From contig JAIFWV010000002.1 in assembly GCA_019659055.1 (NCBI GenBank), positions 26,047 through 90,046 on the forward strand: a stretch of 64,000 nucleotides of DNA, in the 5' to 3' direction. A program made the translations under genes and the position numbers. The DNA is from Candidatus Doudnabacteria bacterium. Its GTDB lineage: Bacteria; Patescibacteriota; Doudnabacteria; UBA920; O2-02-FULL-48-8. The notes below the pieces were generated by a model. The model saw nothing but the letters and a program-made list of their open reading frames with translations, ran no database searches and was not told where the DNA came from. Positions 9,395 to 19,007 of this stretch are shown in pieces (positions within the stretch are counted from its first letter, which is position 1; every line of letters starts with the position of its first letter).

Positions 9395-9898
9395 TTATCT
9401 TCGCTGGAATCGGGCAAAGTGGGCAAAAGCTTTATTGGCTTCGGCCATGCGGTGCACGTCTTCGCGCTTCTTGATAGCCGCACCCTGCTTGTTGAAGGCT
9501 TCCATAAGTTCGGTGGCCAGTTTTTGGGCCATGGGTTTGCCTTTTTTGCCGCGGGCGGCGTCGATAATCCATTTCATGCCGAGCGCGGTCTTCCGCGGCT
9601 CTTGCACTTCCATAGGCACTTGGTAGTTGGCACCGCCAATACGGCGGCCTTTGACTTCCAGAATCGGACAGACATTGCGTACTGCCTGCTCAAAAATCAT
9701 TTTGCCATCGGTTTTGACCCCGTCCTTGGCTGGCATTTCTTTTTCGATAATATCCAAAGCGCCATAGACGACTTTATTGGCAATAGTTTTCTTGCCGCGT
9801 TCCATGACGTAGTTTATAAACTTCGACAGCTTGACGCTGTTATACTTGTGGTCCGGATCCACCGGATGCTTCTTGTATGATCGTGCTTTTCGTGGCAT
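9395..9898 (-). CDS. rpsG: 30S ribosomal protein S7
   Basis: MPRK..KFINYVMERGKK..RRIGGANYQVP..HRMAEANKAFAH. Confidence 0.98.
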   Translation of the reverse strand: MPRKARSYKKHPVDPDHKYNSVKLSKFINYVMERGKKTIANKVVYGALDIIEKEMPAKDGVKTDGKMIFEQAVRNVCPILEVKGRRIGGANYQVPMEVQEPRKTALGMKWIIDAARGKKGKPMAQKLATELMEAFNKQGAAIKKREDVHRMAEANKAFAHFARFQRR

Positions 9899-9906
9899 AT
9901 ATTTGG

Positions 9907-9960
9907 TCGTGATTCTTGAAACGTGGATCGTGAATCGCTTCACGTCTCACGCTTCACGTT
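9907..9960. repeat. Heptamer-unit inverted repeat hairpin (same family as 900-954)
   Basis: tcgtgat tcttgaa acgtgga tcgtgaa ... tcacgtc tcacgct tcacgtt. Confidence 0.7.
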
Positions 9961-10374
9961 TTATGGTCTCTTGGCTCCGTATTTAGATCGGGACCGCTTG
10001 CGGCCTTCGACGCCGCCGGCATCGAGCTTGCCGCGGACTATGTGATAGCGCATACCGGCCAAATCTTTGACGCGGCCGCCGCGAATCATGACCACCGAGT
10101 GCTCCTGTAAGTTGTGGCCGATGCCCGGGATATAGGCGTTGACTTCCATACCATTGCTCAGGCGGACCCGGGCAAATTTGCGGATAGCTGAGTTTGGTTT
10201 TCTCGGAGTCATGGTCGAGACTTTGATGCAGACCCCGCGCTTAAATGGGGATCCTTTGCGGATGGTATAGGTTTCTCCCTTAAGCGAATTGTAAACGCGC
10301 TCAAGTGCCGGAGACTTGGATTTATAAAATGACTTGGTTCGTCCTTTGCGGACTAATTGGTTGATTGTAGGCAT
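9961..10374 (-). CDS. rpsL: 30S ribosomal protein S12
   Basis: [37 protein letters not shown]. Confidence 0.99.
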   Translation of the reverse strand: MPTINQLVRKGRTKSFYKSKSPALERVYNSLKGETYTIRKGSPFKRGVCIKVSTMTPRKPNSAIRKFARVRLSNGMEVNAYIPGIGHNLQEHSVVMIRGGRVKDLAGMRYHIVRGKLDAGGVEGRKRSRSKYGAKRP

Positions 10375-10502
10375 GTGCGAAATTAAAACGGCAGATCTTG
10401 CCGTTGCAACTCAAACGGACTTAAATCTATTAAATATTTGTACCTGCAGATAATAACAGGTTTTTTGCCTCCCGTCAACCCTGTTTCCAATCCTCACTTC
10501 TA

Positions 10503-10531
10503 TTGACAAAATCACCAAAATGTTATATATT
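10503..10531 (+). promoter_or_regulatory. Sigma70-type promoter, divergent from rpsL
   Basis: TTGACA followed ~15-17 bp later by TATATA/TATATT. Confidence 0.55.
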
Positions 10532-10571
10532 TGTGAGTCGCAACGGAATTCTTTACAGTGGGAGGCTTAAG

Positions 10572-10793
10572 ATGCCAAAGAAGCAAAAGACCCTTCAGCA
10601 CAGTTTTCAAGTAAGATTCAGCGAAAAAACCATGGCGCAAATCATGGAACTCCAGGAGCATTACGGGGCGATTACAATCGCTGAAACAATCCGCCGTGCA
10701 GTCGAAGAACGTCACAAAGTAATGGAAAAGCAAACAAAAGGATTCTCAGTGTTCGGAAAGAGGGACTCCGAAACAATTGAATTCCTTCTCTAA
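10572..10793 (+). CDS. Ribbon-helix-helix (CopG-like) DNA-binding protein
   Basis: GGAGG RBS; FQVRFS beta strand + two helices (..AETIRRAVEE). Confidence 0.6.
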   Translation: MPKKQKTLQHSFQVRFSEKTMAQIMELQEHYGAITIAETIRRAVEERHKVMEKQTKGFSVFGKRDSETIEFLL

Positions 10794-10803
10794 CGGAGGG
10801 TTT

Positions 10804-11103
10804 ATGGGTGCCAAGAAAGGTTTGCTAAGTGGCAATAAATTTAATGGCAGGCATACTACAGTAATAGACGCTGCCATTCCGATGGTAATAGCGGCAAGCA
10901 AGCGGCCGGAAGTTACAAAGATCGTACTGAGCATCATCCGGCAAATTGGCCCAGGGCCGCAGAACCTAAAATTCAAACCAATACCAGCGGGACTTCAGAT
11001 GACCATCCGGAGTACCAACGCCAAGCAGGAATTTTATCTCTACACCTCAAGCCCCGACCTTACCAAGAAGGAATTGGAAAAAGCGTGGGCAAAGGAGGCC
11101 TAA
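10804..11103 (+). CDS. DUF2103-like protein
   Basis: HTTVIDAA..IRSTNAKQEFYLYT resembles DUF2103 (recalled, not searched); GGAGG RBS. Confidence 0.55.
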   Translation: MGAKKGLLSGNKFNGRHTTVIDAAIPMVIAASKRPEVTKIVLSIIRQIGPGPQNLKFKPIPAGLQMTIRSTNAKQEFYLYTSSPDLTKKELEKAWAKEA

Positions 11104-11172
11104 CGGCAGATTCGCAGCAAATTGCGAAACTGCCTTTTTTATTTGCTAAAAATCACCCAAATGGCCTAAGTC

Positions 11173-11201
11173 TTGACAAAATTGCCAAAAAGGAGTATAA
11201 T
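11173..11201 (+). promoter_or_regulatory. Perfect consensus sigma70 promoter
   Basis: TTGACA-17bp-TATAAT. Confidence 0.8.
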
Positions 11202-11277
11202 TACTAGTTACGATCAAAACGGTTGTAACGCTTTAGAGTACAGCAAAGCCCACATATTTTGGGGCAAGGAGGACAGC

Positions 11278-11913
11278 ATGTCGTACATTGCAAACGTGTT
11301 CGGTGACCTGGACGATCAGAACAAGTACACCGACGACCTGTTGGCACAACTGCTTGCGCAACTCTTCGAGAAGCCGGCGGCGTGTGTCGATCAGGACGAC
11401 CGCTGCTCTTCCAAGCCCTTGAGCGACTCCGACACGAGCATCACGCTCGATTGCGGCAAGATCGTCAAGCGCTGCAGCTACCACACGAAGGTGTTGTCGG
11501 TGCTCGAGACGGAAGTCCGCACCGTCTTCGCGGGTGTCGCTGTCAAAGCCATCCGCGAAGTCCAGAACGCGCGGGCGGCTGAGAAGGCCCGGATCGCGGC
11601 CGAGAAGAAGCTCTTCCGCGACGAGATCCGCAAGCACCTGGCGCGCAGCGTCGGTGTCACGGTGGAAATCGTAACCGAGGAGGACGTGACCGCGAAGATC
11701 GCGGCGATGACCGAGGACCAGAAGTACAAGCTCCTCGACATCGTGCTCAAGCGCGACCAGCCGGCGAAACCCGTCGTCAATGCGACGACGAAGCCCGGCC
11801 AGAAAAACCAGAAGCCCGCGAGCCCGCGGCCGACCCTGGTTCACACCAATCGACCCATGGGTGACGTCGCGCACCCCGGCGATCTCCGCCTCACTCAGGC
11901 CGCGAATCGCTAA
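11278..11913 (+). CDS. Hypothetical protein (Cys/His cluster, coiled coil), GC-rich
   Basis: AAGGAGG RBS, strong GC3 bias, terminator at ~11945-11979. Confidence 0.7.
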   Translation: MSYIANVFGDLDDQNKYTDDLLAQLLAQLFEKPAACVDQDDRCSSKPLSDSDTSITLDCGKIVKRCSYHTKVLSVLETEVRTVFAGVAVKAIREVQNARAAEKARIAAEKKLFRDEIRKHLARSVGVTVEIVTEEDVTAKIAAMTEDQKYKLLDIVLKRDQPAKPVVNATTKPGQKNQKPASPRPTLVHTNRPMGDVAHPGDLRLTQAANR

Positions 11914-12027
11914 CCGCAACCCACCGTCAGGGCAAATGACGAGGTGGCGAAGGTACCAGTTACCTTCGCCATTTTTTTATTCCAAAAAGAAAAGGGCGGG
12001 TAGTTTTAGAACTACCTCGCCCTATTT

Positions 12028-12357
12028 TTAATGCCGATTGAGTCGGTCGCGGCGGTCTGCTCGAAACTGTTCGAGCTTGTCGTGCAGTTCGCGCCGGCTT
12101 TCGGGGTCCGGAACACTTCCAGCCAAGAGCAGATCAATAGTCTGGAGCAAACCGTCAATCTGACTCCGGCGTACGACGTCTTTGAGGGCTGTCGAACTCC
12201 CCTCTTTGAGGCCAATCAGCAAATCGCGAAAGTCTTCGAACAACTCCTTCACCGAATCAATGGCTTCGCCGCGCTCCAAAACTTTGGCACAGCGATAAGC
12301 CGCTCGCTTTTGGAGGTAAAGCTGGCGCTTAAGCTCCACAATCTGTTCATTGACCAT
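12028..12357 (-). CDS. Hypothetical helical protein
   Basis: AAGGAGGTG RBS upstream of ATG. Confidence 0.6.
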   Translation of the reverse strand: MVNEQIVELKRQLYLQKRAAYRCAKVLERGEAIDSVKELFEDFRDLLIGLKEGSSTALKDVVRRSQIDGLLQTIDLLLAGSVPDPESRRELHDKLEQFRADRRDRLNRH

Positions 12358-12383
12358 CTCACCTCCTTGAGTTTGGTTTCGTT

Positions 12384-13019
12384 TTAGAGCTGAAAATCTG
12401 TTCCCAACAAAAATTTAACACATGCAGAGACGAGTGGCAAGAGGATAGACGAAAAAAGTCCGGTGAACAGGAATAAAAAAATCAAAATAAACCCAAAGCG
12501 CTCAAGTTCCAGGATCCAGTACATAAGACCGCGGTCCACAAACCCGAGCGCACTGGCCAAAACTTTGGATCCGTCCAAAGGCGGGATCGGTATGAGGTTA
12601 AAAATTCCCAAAATGAGGTTGAGGAGGATGATTTGAAATACCAGTGCTTGCCCTTGTTCGGAGATTCCGGGGAAAAACCGAAACACCAGGCTTGCCGCTC
12701 CGGCCAAAAGGAAATTAGTAGCCGGTCCGGCCAACGCCACGAGTATCATGTCGCGCCGGAAATTCCTAAGGTTCTGGTAATTTACAGGCACGGGCTTGGC
12801 CGCGCCAAATATAAACGGCGAACCGACCAGATACAAGATTGCAGGCAGGAGAATCGACCCAAACGGATCGATATGCGGGATCGGGTTGAGAGTGAGACGG
12901 CCCGAATACCTTGCCGTAGGATCACCGAGCCAATCGGCAACTAACCCGTGCGCCACTTCGTGGAAAATCACGGAAAACAGCAGGATGAAGATAAAAAATA
13001 TGACGCTAAATGGATCCAT
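12384..13019 (-). CDS. Site-2 protease (M50 family)
   Basis: HEVAH, AGPATN, FNLIPIPPLDG. Confidence 0.93.
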   Translation of the reverse strand: MDPFSVIFFIFILLFSVIFHEVAHGLVADWLGDPTARYSGRLTLNPIPHIDPFGSILLPAILYLVGSPFIFGAAKPVPVNYQNLRNFRRDMILVALAGPATNFLLAGAASLVFRFFPGISEQGQALVFQIILLNLILGIFNLIPIPPLDGSKVLASALGFVDRGLMYWILELERFGFILIFLFLFTGLFSSILLPLVSACVKFLLGTDFQL

Positions 13020-13025
13020 GGGATA

Positions 13026-13098
13026 GAATTATGAATTTCGAATTATGAATTATGCTTATATTACATAGCCATAATTCCTGATTCCAGATTCCTAATTC
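13026..13098. repeat. Heptamer-unit inverted repeat (GAATTAT / ATAATTC)
   Basis: gaattat gaatttc gaattat gaattat ... ataattc ctgattc cagattc ctaattc. Confidence 0.7.
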
Positions 13099-13165
13099 GG
13101 ACCCAAGGCATTGACCAAAGCCTGTCCGTATGCTAAACTCTTTGGGTACCTTAATTGTAACACAT

Positions 13166-13351
13166 ATGAGAAAATGTACGATCTGCGGCAAAGGCTATAT
13201 GAATGCCATGAGACGATCACACTCGATGCGGGCGACGAAAGTCAAACTTTATCCCAATTTGCAATGGCTTAAGACCGAGCATGGCCGGATAAAAGCCTGT
13301 ACCAAGTGCATCAAGACTCAAGCCAAACGGTTAGCCGCTGTTACCGCATAA
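13166..13351 (+). CDS. rpmB: 50S ribosomal protein L28 (zinc-binding form)
   Basis: MRKCTICGK..SHS..PNLQ..CTKCIK. Confidence 0.92.
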   Translation: MRKCTICGKGYMNAMRRSHSMRATKVKLYPNLQWLKTEHGRIKACTKCIKTQAKRLAAVTA

Positions 13352-13380
13352 AAAACCTCTTCAGGAATGAAGAGGTTTTT
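13351..13380. terminator. Bidirectional terminator
   Basis: aaaaacctcttca gga tgaagaggttttt-type hairpin between convergent genes. Confidence 0.7.
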
Positions 13381-13398
13381 AAATTTCCGATTTACAAT

Positions 13399-14073
13399 TT
13401 ATTTTGTTACTGCAAATGTGTCTTGCCAGGCTTTTTGGCCTTCTTGATCGGCAAAGAGCGCATACTGGCCGATGCTAAAGAAGAAATATTTGTCGGGGTG
13501 ACTCTTGTCCATCCAGAAATAGCTGGCGCCGTTGCTGGCTGAATAAACCGGCGGGCATTTATCGGCGTTTTGCCAGAAAGGCGCGTTGGGATCGGTACTT
13601 TTGGGATATGCGATCACAGCGACTTCCTGATTCTCGGGGATGACCGGCGCGTCGGCGTCATAGCTTTTGTAATAATCAGCCAAAGTCAAAGGATAGCAAT
13701 CCTTGACTGAATAATTGGCCAGGAATTTCTTTTGGATTGATGCAATGAGAGTATCTTTCGGATCTTTGGTAAAACCCTGTACCCATTGCCCTTGTTCCAT
13801 AGGGTTTGCGGTATAGTAAACATAAATCTTGTCCCCGGCCTCTTTGGCGTCGGTGTCAGTTTTCCCGTCGCCATCCTGATCGGCGCTGTATGTAAACTTC
13901 ACTCCCAAGCTGTCTGAAGTAAAGGTTTTGACCGTGTCTTGATTATTATTGGAGTTGCCAGTGTTGGTTTGGGTGGTCCCCTGATCTTTAGGTTTAATCT
14001 TCACATACGGCAAGAGAAAATAACCTATTGCCAGCAGTACGACTACAAAAATGATCGTTTTGAGGGTTGTCAT
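13399..14073 (-). CDS. Membrane-anchored extracellular protein
   Basis: N-terminal TM helix, T/N-rich linker, DxDGDG motif. Confidence 0.75.
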   Translation of the reverse strand: MTTLKTIIFVVVLLAIGYFLLPYVKIKPKDQGTTQTNTGNSNNNQDTVKTFTSDSLGVKFTYSADQDGDGKTDTDAKEAGDKIYVYYTANPMEQGQWVQGFTKDPKDTLIASIQKKFLANYSVKDCYPLTLADYYKSYDADAPVIPENQEVAVIAYPKSTDPNAPFWQNADKCPPVYSASNGASYFWMDKSHPDKYFFFSIGQYALFADQEGQKAWQDTFAVTK

Positions 14074-14105
14074 TCGAGGAAAAATTAATAGTTAACCTGA
14101 TCTTA

Positions 14106-17100
14106 TCAGAATAACGCCGGCTTGCCTAGACTTGCCACCACCGAGACATAACGGTCCTCGTTGAGGATCTCAGACAGGGAATGCGCGGGCATTGCTCCAT
14201 TGAACAGATACCCTTGCGCGCGATTGCACATATTTTCCCGCAAAAACGCCAGCTGATTTTTGGATTCCACTCCTTCGGCTGTTATTTCCATGTTGAGACT
14301 GCGCCCGAGCGTGATAATTGATTTCGCAATTGCCGAATTTTGCATATCCATGGGGATACCCTTCATGAAAGTTCTCTCGATTTTGAGCATATCCACCGGA
14401 AAATGTTTGATGTAGCGCAAAGACGAATACCCGGTCGAAAAATCATCGAGGCAGAATCTGACTCCCCGTTCGCGCAAGGCATTCATGATGCTTGTAATAT
14501 TGTCTTCATTTTCGGCCAGGATTGATTCTGTAAGTTCGAGTTCCAGAAAACGAGCGTCAAATTTGGATTCTTCGATAGCGCCGATGAGGACATTCTCAAA
14601 ATTCTTCTGCTTGAATTGCCGGGCCGAAAGATTGATAGCCATAATCATTTTGTAGCCGGCATCGTGCCACATCTTCCCCTGCTTCAAGGCTTCTTTGAGT
14701 ATCCATTCGCCAATGGGTTCTATGAGTCCGTTGGCTTCTGCCAATGGGATAAACCGGTCAGGCAAAATCAGCGTCATATCCGGCCTCTGCCAACGGATAA
14801 GCTCTTCTGTCCCAACTATTTTACCTGTGGCGACATCTACTTGCGGCTGGTAAAACAGCACGAACTCCTGGTTTTCCAGAGCGTGTCGAAGCTTGGAATC
14901 CAGAGTTAGCCGTTCGTAGGCCGCCGAATTCATTGTGGTCGTATAGAACTGATAGGTATTGCGGCCGTATTCCTTGGCGCGATAAAGTGCGGCCTCGGCA
15001 TTTCTGAGCAGACTCGAGGCCTCTCTGCCGTCGTATGGATAAAGGCTGATACCAATACTCGGGCTGATAAACAGCTCGTGCTGGTCAAGGTAAAACGCGG
15101 GCCGGAAATCCTCCAAAATTTTATTGGCAAGCTTAGCCGCTTCTTCTTCGGTCTGGATATCGGCCATAAGGATTGCAAATTCATCACCGCCAAGCCGAGC
15201 TAAGACATAATCTTCTTTGACACAGCTGCGTACGCGCAAAGCGACTTCCTGAATCAGGCGATCGCCCAAAGCATGACCCAGAGATTCGTTTATTTGCTTA
15301 AATCGATCGAGATCGAGGAGCATAATTCCCAAATTCTGACCGTTGGCTTCGGCATCCGAAATAGCTTGCGCGAACCGTTCATTGAGGTAAGTCCGATTGG
15401 GCAGATCCGTGAGAGTGTCGTGATGGTACTGATACTGCAGGTTTTCTTCCGCGAGCCGGCGTTCGGTGATATCGCGAAAGTTTACAACCATGGCCCGAAT
15501 ACTCGGGTGGTGCAAAAGATTTGTACCTACTCCCTCAATCCAGCGATAGTTGCCATTGGCATGGCGGCAGCGGTATTGTGCGGTAATCGTCTGGTCCGGC
15601 TTGCGCAAGCTCGTGGCCAGAAGCTCGGCCACCAGCGGGGCGTCGTCGGGGTGCACTATATTTCTAATATTTACTCCGTGCATTTCTTCCGATGTGTATC
15701 CAAGCATACGCTGGACCGGCATGGTCGCAAATGTCAGGACACCGTTGGCATCGAGGAGTGCCACGCCGTCTGAGGTGTTATCGATAATAGCGCGGTACCG
15801 CTCTTCGCTGACCTGAAGTTTCTGTTCCATGAATTTACGCTCACGGATCTCTATCTGAGCTTCCCGATAGAGTAAGGCGTTGTCGATGGCCATGCCGGCG
15901 CGTCGGCCGAGCTCTTCGAAGAATTTAAGATCCTTCTCCTCATAGCGCTTGTTGGACTCTGCCCAGATCAAGGACATGACCCCGAAGACTTTATCGCGTG
16001 CGACCAAAGGCACCATAAGTGCGGACTTAATACCGAGCTTGGACGTGAGTTCATAATGCTCCGGATCGCGCGAACTGGCGCGGAGCATGTCGTCGGTAAT
16101 CTCCTTATAGATTTCAGCTTTTCCGGTGGTGATGATTTTCCAGGTCCCACGCTCCGGATCTTTGTGATTCGGATACTTTCTTGCCAATTCCACAGCAAAT
16201 TTTATTTTTTCCGGGTCCACGTGTTCTACTGCGACTTGCTTTGTGTTTTCGCCGTCAGGAGTGAGAATTTCGATTCCGCACCAATCGGCAAATTTGGGGA
16301 CGGCTAATTTCGCCACTCGCGCCAGTGTTGTCTCAAAATCCAAAGACGATGATAATAATTTCGTAGCTTCGGATAAAAACACGACCCCTTCGTCGGCTTG
16401 TTTGGATTTCGTAATGTCGCGAGCCACGGCCGAGGCACCCACGACTTTGCCGGAATTATTTTTTATTGGCGAGACCGCCACGGATATGTCCAAAATCCGT
16501 CCGTCTTTGGTTTTCCTTTTGGTCTCATAGTGATTAACACCCCTGCCGAGTCGGATCTGCGCCAAAAGCATTCTGGTGTCATCCGGAAAGCCTTCCGGAA
16601 CCAAGACTGAAACATTCTTGCCGAGAATTTCTTGTTCGGTATAGCCATATATCCTTACCGCTCCTTTATTCCAGCTCGTGATGTTGCCTTCTAGATCTTT
16701 GCCCATGATCGCGTCCTCAGACGATTCAACTATAGCTACAAGTTTGAGATTGGCCTCGAGGGCGGTTTTTTGAGGAGTGATGTCGCGCAGATACACAGCA
16801 AGGCCGTCTTTGGCGGGGTACACTGAGGATTCTATCCACTTCGGCATATTTCCCGGTTCAGAAAATTTTTCTTCGTAACGCAGGGATTTATTTTCCAACA
16901 AGGCTTCCTGCAGTTTGGAATAGGTCGCGGTCTGCATTGCGTTTGGAAATTCCTGAAAAATATTTTTTCCCAGAAGCTCGCTCCGGTTCCGCTGTAACAA
17001 CTGTTCGGCTTGGCGGTTGACGTATGTAAAGTTCCAATCTTTATCCAACGCAAAAAAGCCGTCAGTAATACTTTCGAGAATATGCTGGTTCCGGCGATTG

Positions 17101-17600
17101 ATTTTTTCGTATTCAGACTGTATATTTCTCTGCGCTGTGATATCTCGAAAAATACTCACAGCAAATCGGACCTTGCCCTCGCTGTCCCTGATGGGGCGAG
17201 CTTTGATTTCTGACCAAAACTCTGATCCCGTTTGCCGATTTCTGGAAAGTACAATCTTACTCGGTACCTCGAGCCCGTCCAGAGCAGATCTGGCTGGCAG
17301 GTCATTGAAGCTCACCGGGTTCCCGTTCTCATCAAAAATCTCAAACTTGTTTATGGCGTCGGAAACTAAATGATTTATAATCTCGGATTTATTATTGAAA
17401 TCCATAAGGGCGACCGCTGCGGCATTGGCAAAAACCACCCGGCGGCTTTCATCCTGAACGATTACGCCGTCGGCAATAGCCTGAAAAATTTCTTCTAAGT
17501 TTTGTTTCGCGTCGAGTTGCCCGAAAAGCCGCCCTAAAGTTACATCCGAATTTTGCTGATTAGTGTCTGAAATCATACGATAAACCTTCATTGTGGCCAC
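14106..17600 (-). CDS. Multi-PAS/GAF diguanylate cyclase-phosphodiesterase (GGDEF-EAL)
   Basis: Four PAS-like domains, GAF, RLGGDEF, EEL/DDFSTGYSS/EGVE/QGY; start may be 17576. Confidence 0.93.
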   Translation of the reverse strand: MATMKVYRMISDTNQQNSDVTLGRLFGQLDAKQNLEEIFQAIADGVIVQDESRRVVFANAAAVALMDFNNKSEIINHLVSDAINKFEIFDENGNPVSFNDLPARSALDGLEVPSKIVLSRNRQTGSEFWSEIKARPIRDSEGKVRFAVSIFRDITAQRNIQSEYEKINRRNQHILESITDGFFALDKDWNFTYVNRQAEQLLQRNRSELLGKNIFQEFPNAMQTATYSKLQEALLENKSLRYEEKFSEPGNMPKWIESSVYPAKDGLAVYLRDITPQKTALEANLKLVAIVESSEDAIMGKDLEGNITSWNKGAVRIYGYTEQEILGKNVSVLVPEGFPDDTRMLLAQIRLGRGVNHYETKRKTKDGRILDISVAVSPIKNNSGKVVGASAVARDITKSKQADEGVVFLSEATKLLSSSLDFETTLARVAKLAVPKFADWCGIEILTPDGENTKQVAVEHVDPEKIKFAVELARKYPNHKDPERGTWKIITTGKAEIYKEITDDMLRASSRDPEHYELTSKLGIKSALMVPLVARDKVFGVMSLIWAESNKRYEEKDLKFFEELGRRAGMAIDNALLYREAQIEIRERKFMEQKLQVSEERYRAIIDNTSDGVALLDANGVLTFATMPVQRMLGYTSEEMHGVNIRNIVHPDDAPLVAELLATSLRKPDQTITAQYRCRHANGNYRWIEGVGTNLLHHPSIRAMVVNFRDITERRLAEENLQYQYHHDTLTDLPNRTYLNERFAQAISDAEANGQNLGIMLLDLDRFKQINESLGHALGDRLIQEVALRVRSCVKEDYVLARLGGDEFAILMADIQTEEEAAKLANKILEDFRPAFYLDQHELFISPSIGISLYPYDGREASSLLRNAEAALYRAKEYGRNTYQFYTTTMNSAAYERLTLDSKLRHALENQEFVLFYQPQVDVATGKIVGTEELIRWQRPDMTLILPDRFIPLAEANGLIEPIGEWILKEALKQGKMWHDAGYKMIMAINLSARQFKQKNFENVLIGAIEESKFDARFLELELTESILAENEDNITSIMNALRERGVRFCLDDFSTGYSSLRYIKHFPVDMLKIERTFMKGIPMDMQNSAIAKSIITLGRSLNMEITAEGVESKNQLAFLRENMCNRAQGYLFNGAMPAHSLSEILNEDRYVSVVASLGKPALF

Positions 17601-17805
17601 AAAAAAATACGCCCAGCGTATTTACACTACTTTTAAGTATTTAGCAGTCGATTTATCTTGTGTTTCCTCATATCTTAGTTATTCTACCCCAATAGAGAAT
17701 TTTTTATCGAGCTCTACATGCACAAAAAATACTGGTATAACAACCACTTTATCGTATAAAGATCCAAATATTATTGCTTACGCTGAATTGTCTGTATAAA
17801 ACTAT

Positions 17806-18195
17806 TTAGTTTAACTGCGATGTGCAATGCGGACAGCGGGAAGCTTTGATAGGGATAAGAGTATGGCAAAATGCGCACTCTTTCTCACTTATGTCCGCCT
17901 CGGGCTTGCGGCGGAATCGGTTCATTTGTTTGACTACCAAAAAAATTGCGAAGGCGATAATCAAAAAGTTGATTATGCTATTGATAAACGCGCCGTAAGC
18001 CAACACTGCTCCGGAGGGAAAAGTCCACTTCAGGTTTGAGAAATCGATATTGCCCAAGATAAGTCCAAATGGCGGCAGGATAATGTCATGGACAAGCGAA
18101 TTAACTACTGCACCAAAAGCGGCGCCAATAATGACGCCGATTGCTAAGTCTATGGCATTGCCTTTGATGGCAAATTCTTTGAACTCCTTAAACAT
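17806..18195 (-). CDS. mscL: Large-conductance mechanosensitive channel with C-terminal Zn ribbon
   Basis: [28 protein letters not shown]; CAFC..CPHC tail. Confidence 0.93.
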   Translation of the reverse strand: MFKEFKEFAIKGNAIDLAIGVIIGAAFGAVVNSLVHDIILPPFGLILGNIDFSNLKWTFPSGAVLAYGAFINSIINFLIIAFAIFLVVKQMNRFRRKPEADISEKECAFCHTLIPIKASRCPHCTSQLN

Positions 18196-18205
18196 CACTA
18201 AAGCA

Positions 18206-18892
18206 TTATAGAGTAAACTTGAATGTCGCCAGGATATCGGCGGAGGCGCCGGTCTTGTGAGTGATTTTGTAAGTCCCCCCGTTTTTGGAAATAAGTAAGA
18301 TCGATGTCCCTGACTTCAAAATAATTTCGCGCGCATCGTATCCGTTGAATTTAACATCTTGGGCGGAGGTGATATTGCCGTCTTCGGCGGATCCGATTTG
18401 TCCCCGGACCGAAGTTATGGCTTTGCTTACAAATTCAATAGTAACCGTTTCACCGGAATTATCTGCACCCGTAGATGCATCGTGAATAACTACGATCTTG
18501 CTCTTGTCGAAATCCCCAGTGGCTTCGTAACTCGGCGGGTACATAACGCTGAAGCTGGTACTGGTATAAGTTTTCCAAGTGTTGGCGTCCTGGCTCGGGC
18601 TTTGCTCTTGGGCTTTATGAATCACTGCCGGTGACCAACGAGCGTCATCGAAAACCATAAAGTCGCGCAGGCCATACACTGGCCAGTAGTAAACCGCAGC
18701 CCCGGCAATGGCCACTGCCAAAAGCAGGAGCAGAAATCCCGAAACATGAAACCGGCTGGGACGTTCGGTCTTGAGATTCATTTGTGGCATTATTCTTTCC
18801 GGTTTTCTAATTTCGGGTTCTGGCGCAAGCATTGGTTCTTCAACCGGTTCTAACGCTTGAGGTTGGATGTTGTTTATTTTCTTTCTTGGCAT
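18206..18892 (-). CDS. Single-TM protein with PsbP-like extracellular domain
   Basis: TM helix; WKTYT..FSVMYP..ILATFKF pattern. Confidence 0.65.
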   Translation of the reverse strand: MPRKKINNIQPQALEPVEEPMLAPEPEIRKPERIMPQMNLKTERPSRFHVSGFLLLLLAVAIAGAAVYYWPVYGLRDFMVFDDARWSPAVIHKAQEQSPSQDANTWKTYTSTSFSVMYPPSYEATGDFDKSKIVVIHDASTGADNSGETVTIEFVSKAITSVRGQIGSAEDGNITSAQDVKFNGYDAREIILKSGTSILLISKNGGTYKITHKTGASADILATFKFTL

Positions 18893-19007
18893 GGTTTTGT
18901 TTTAAATGTGTAGGTTAATCATAGCGCTATTAATTAATTTTGGCAATTCCGGCAGAAAAAAACCCGGTACAGCGCTCAAGAGCACTGCCGGGTTTGAGAT
19001 TTCGAGA

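Noticed and set aside
3513-9880. Long antisense ORFs over tuf, fusA and rpsG (e.g. 3903-4580, 7627-8322)
   Set aside because: Shadow ORFs of conserved genes; no RBS or motifs
11233-11919. 228-aa minus-strand ORF
   Set aside because: Antisense shadow of a GC-rich gene whose plus strand has promoter, SD and terminator
17593-17805. c-di-GMP riboswitch upstream of the GGDEF-EAL gene
   Set aside because: AT-rich, no GEMM-type GCAAAC/GAAA/GCAAAG pattern seen
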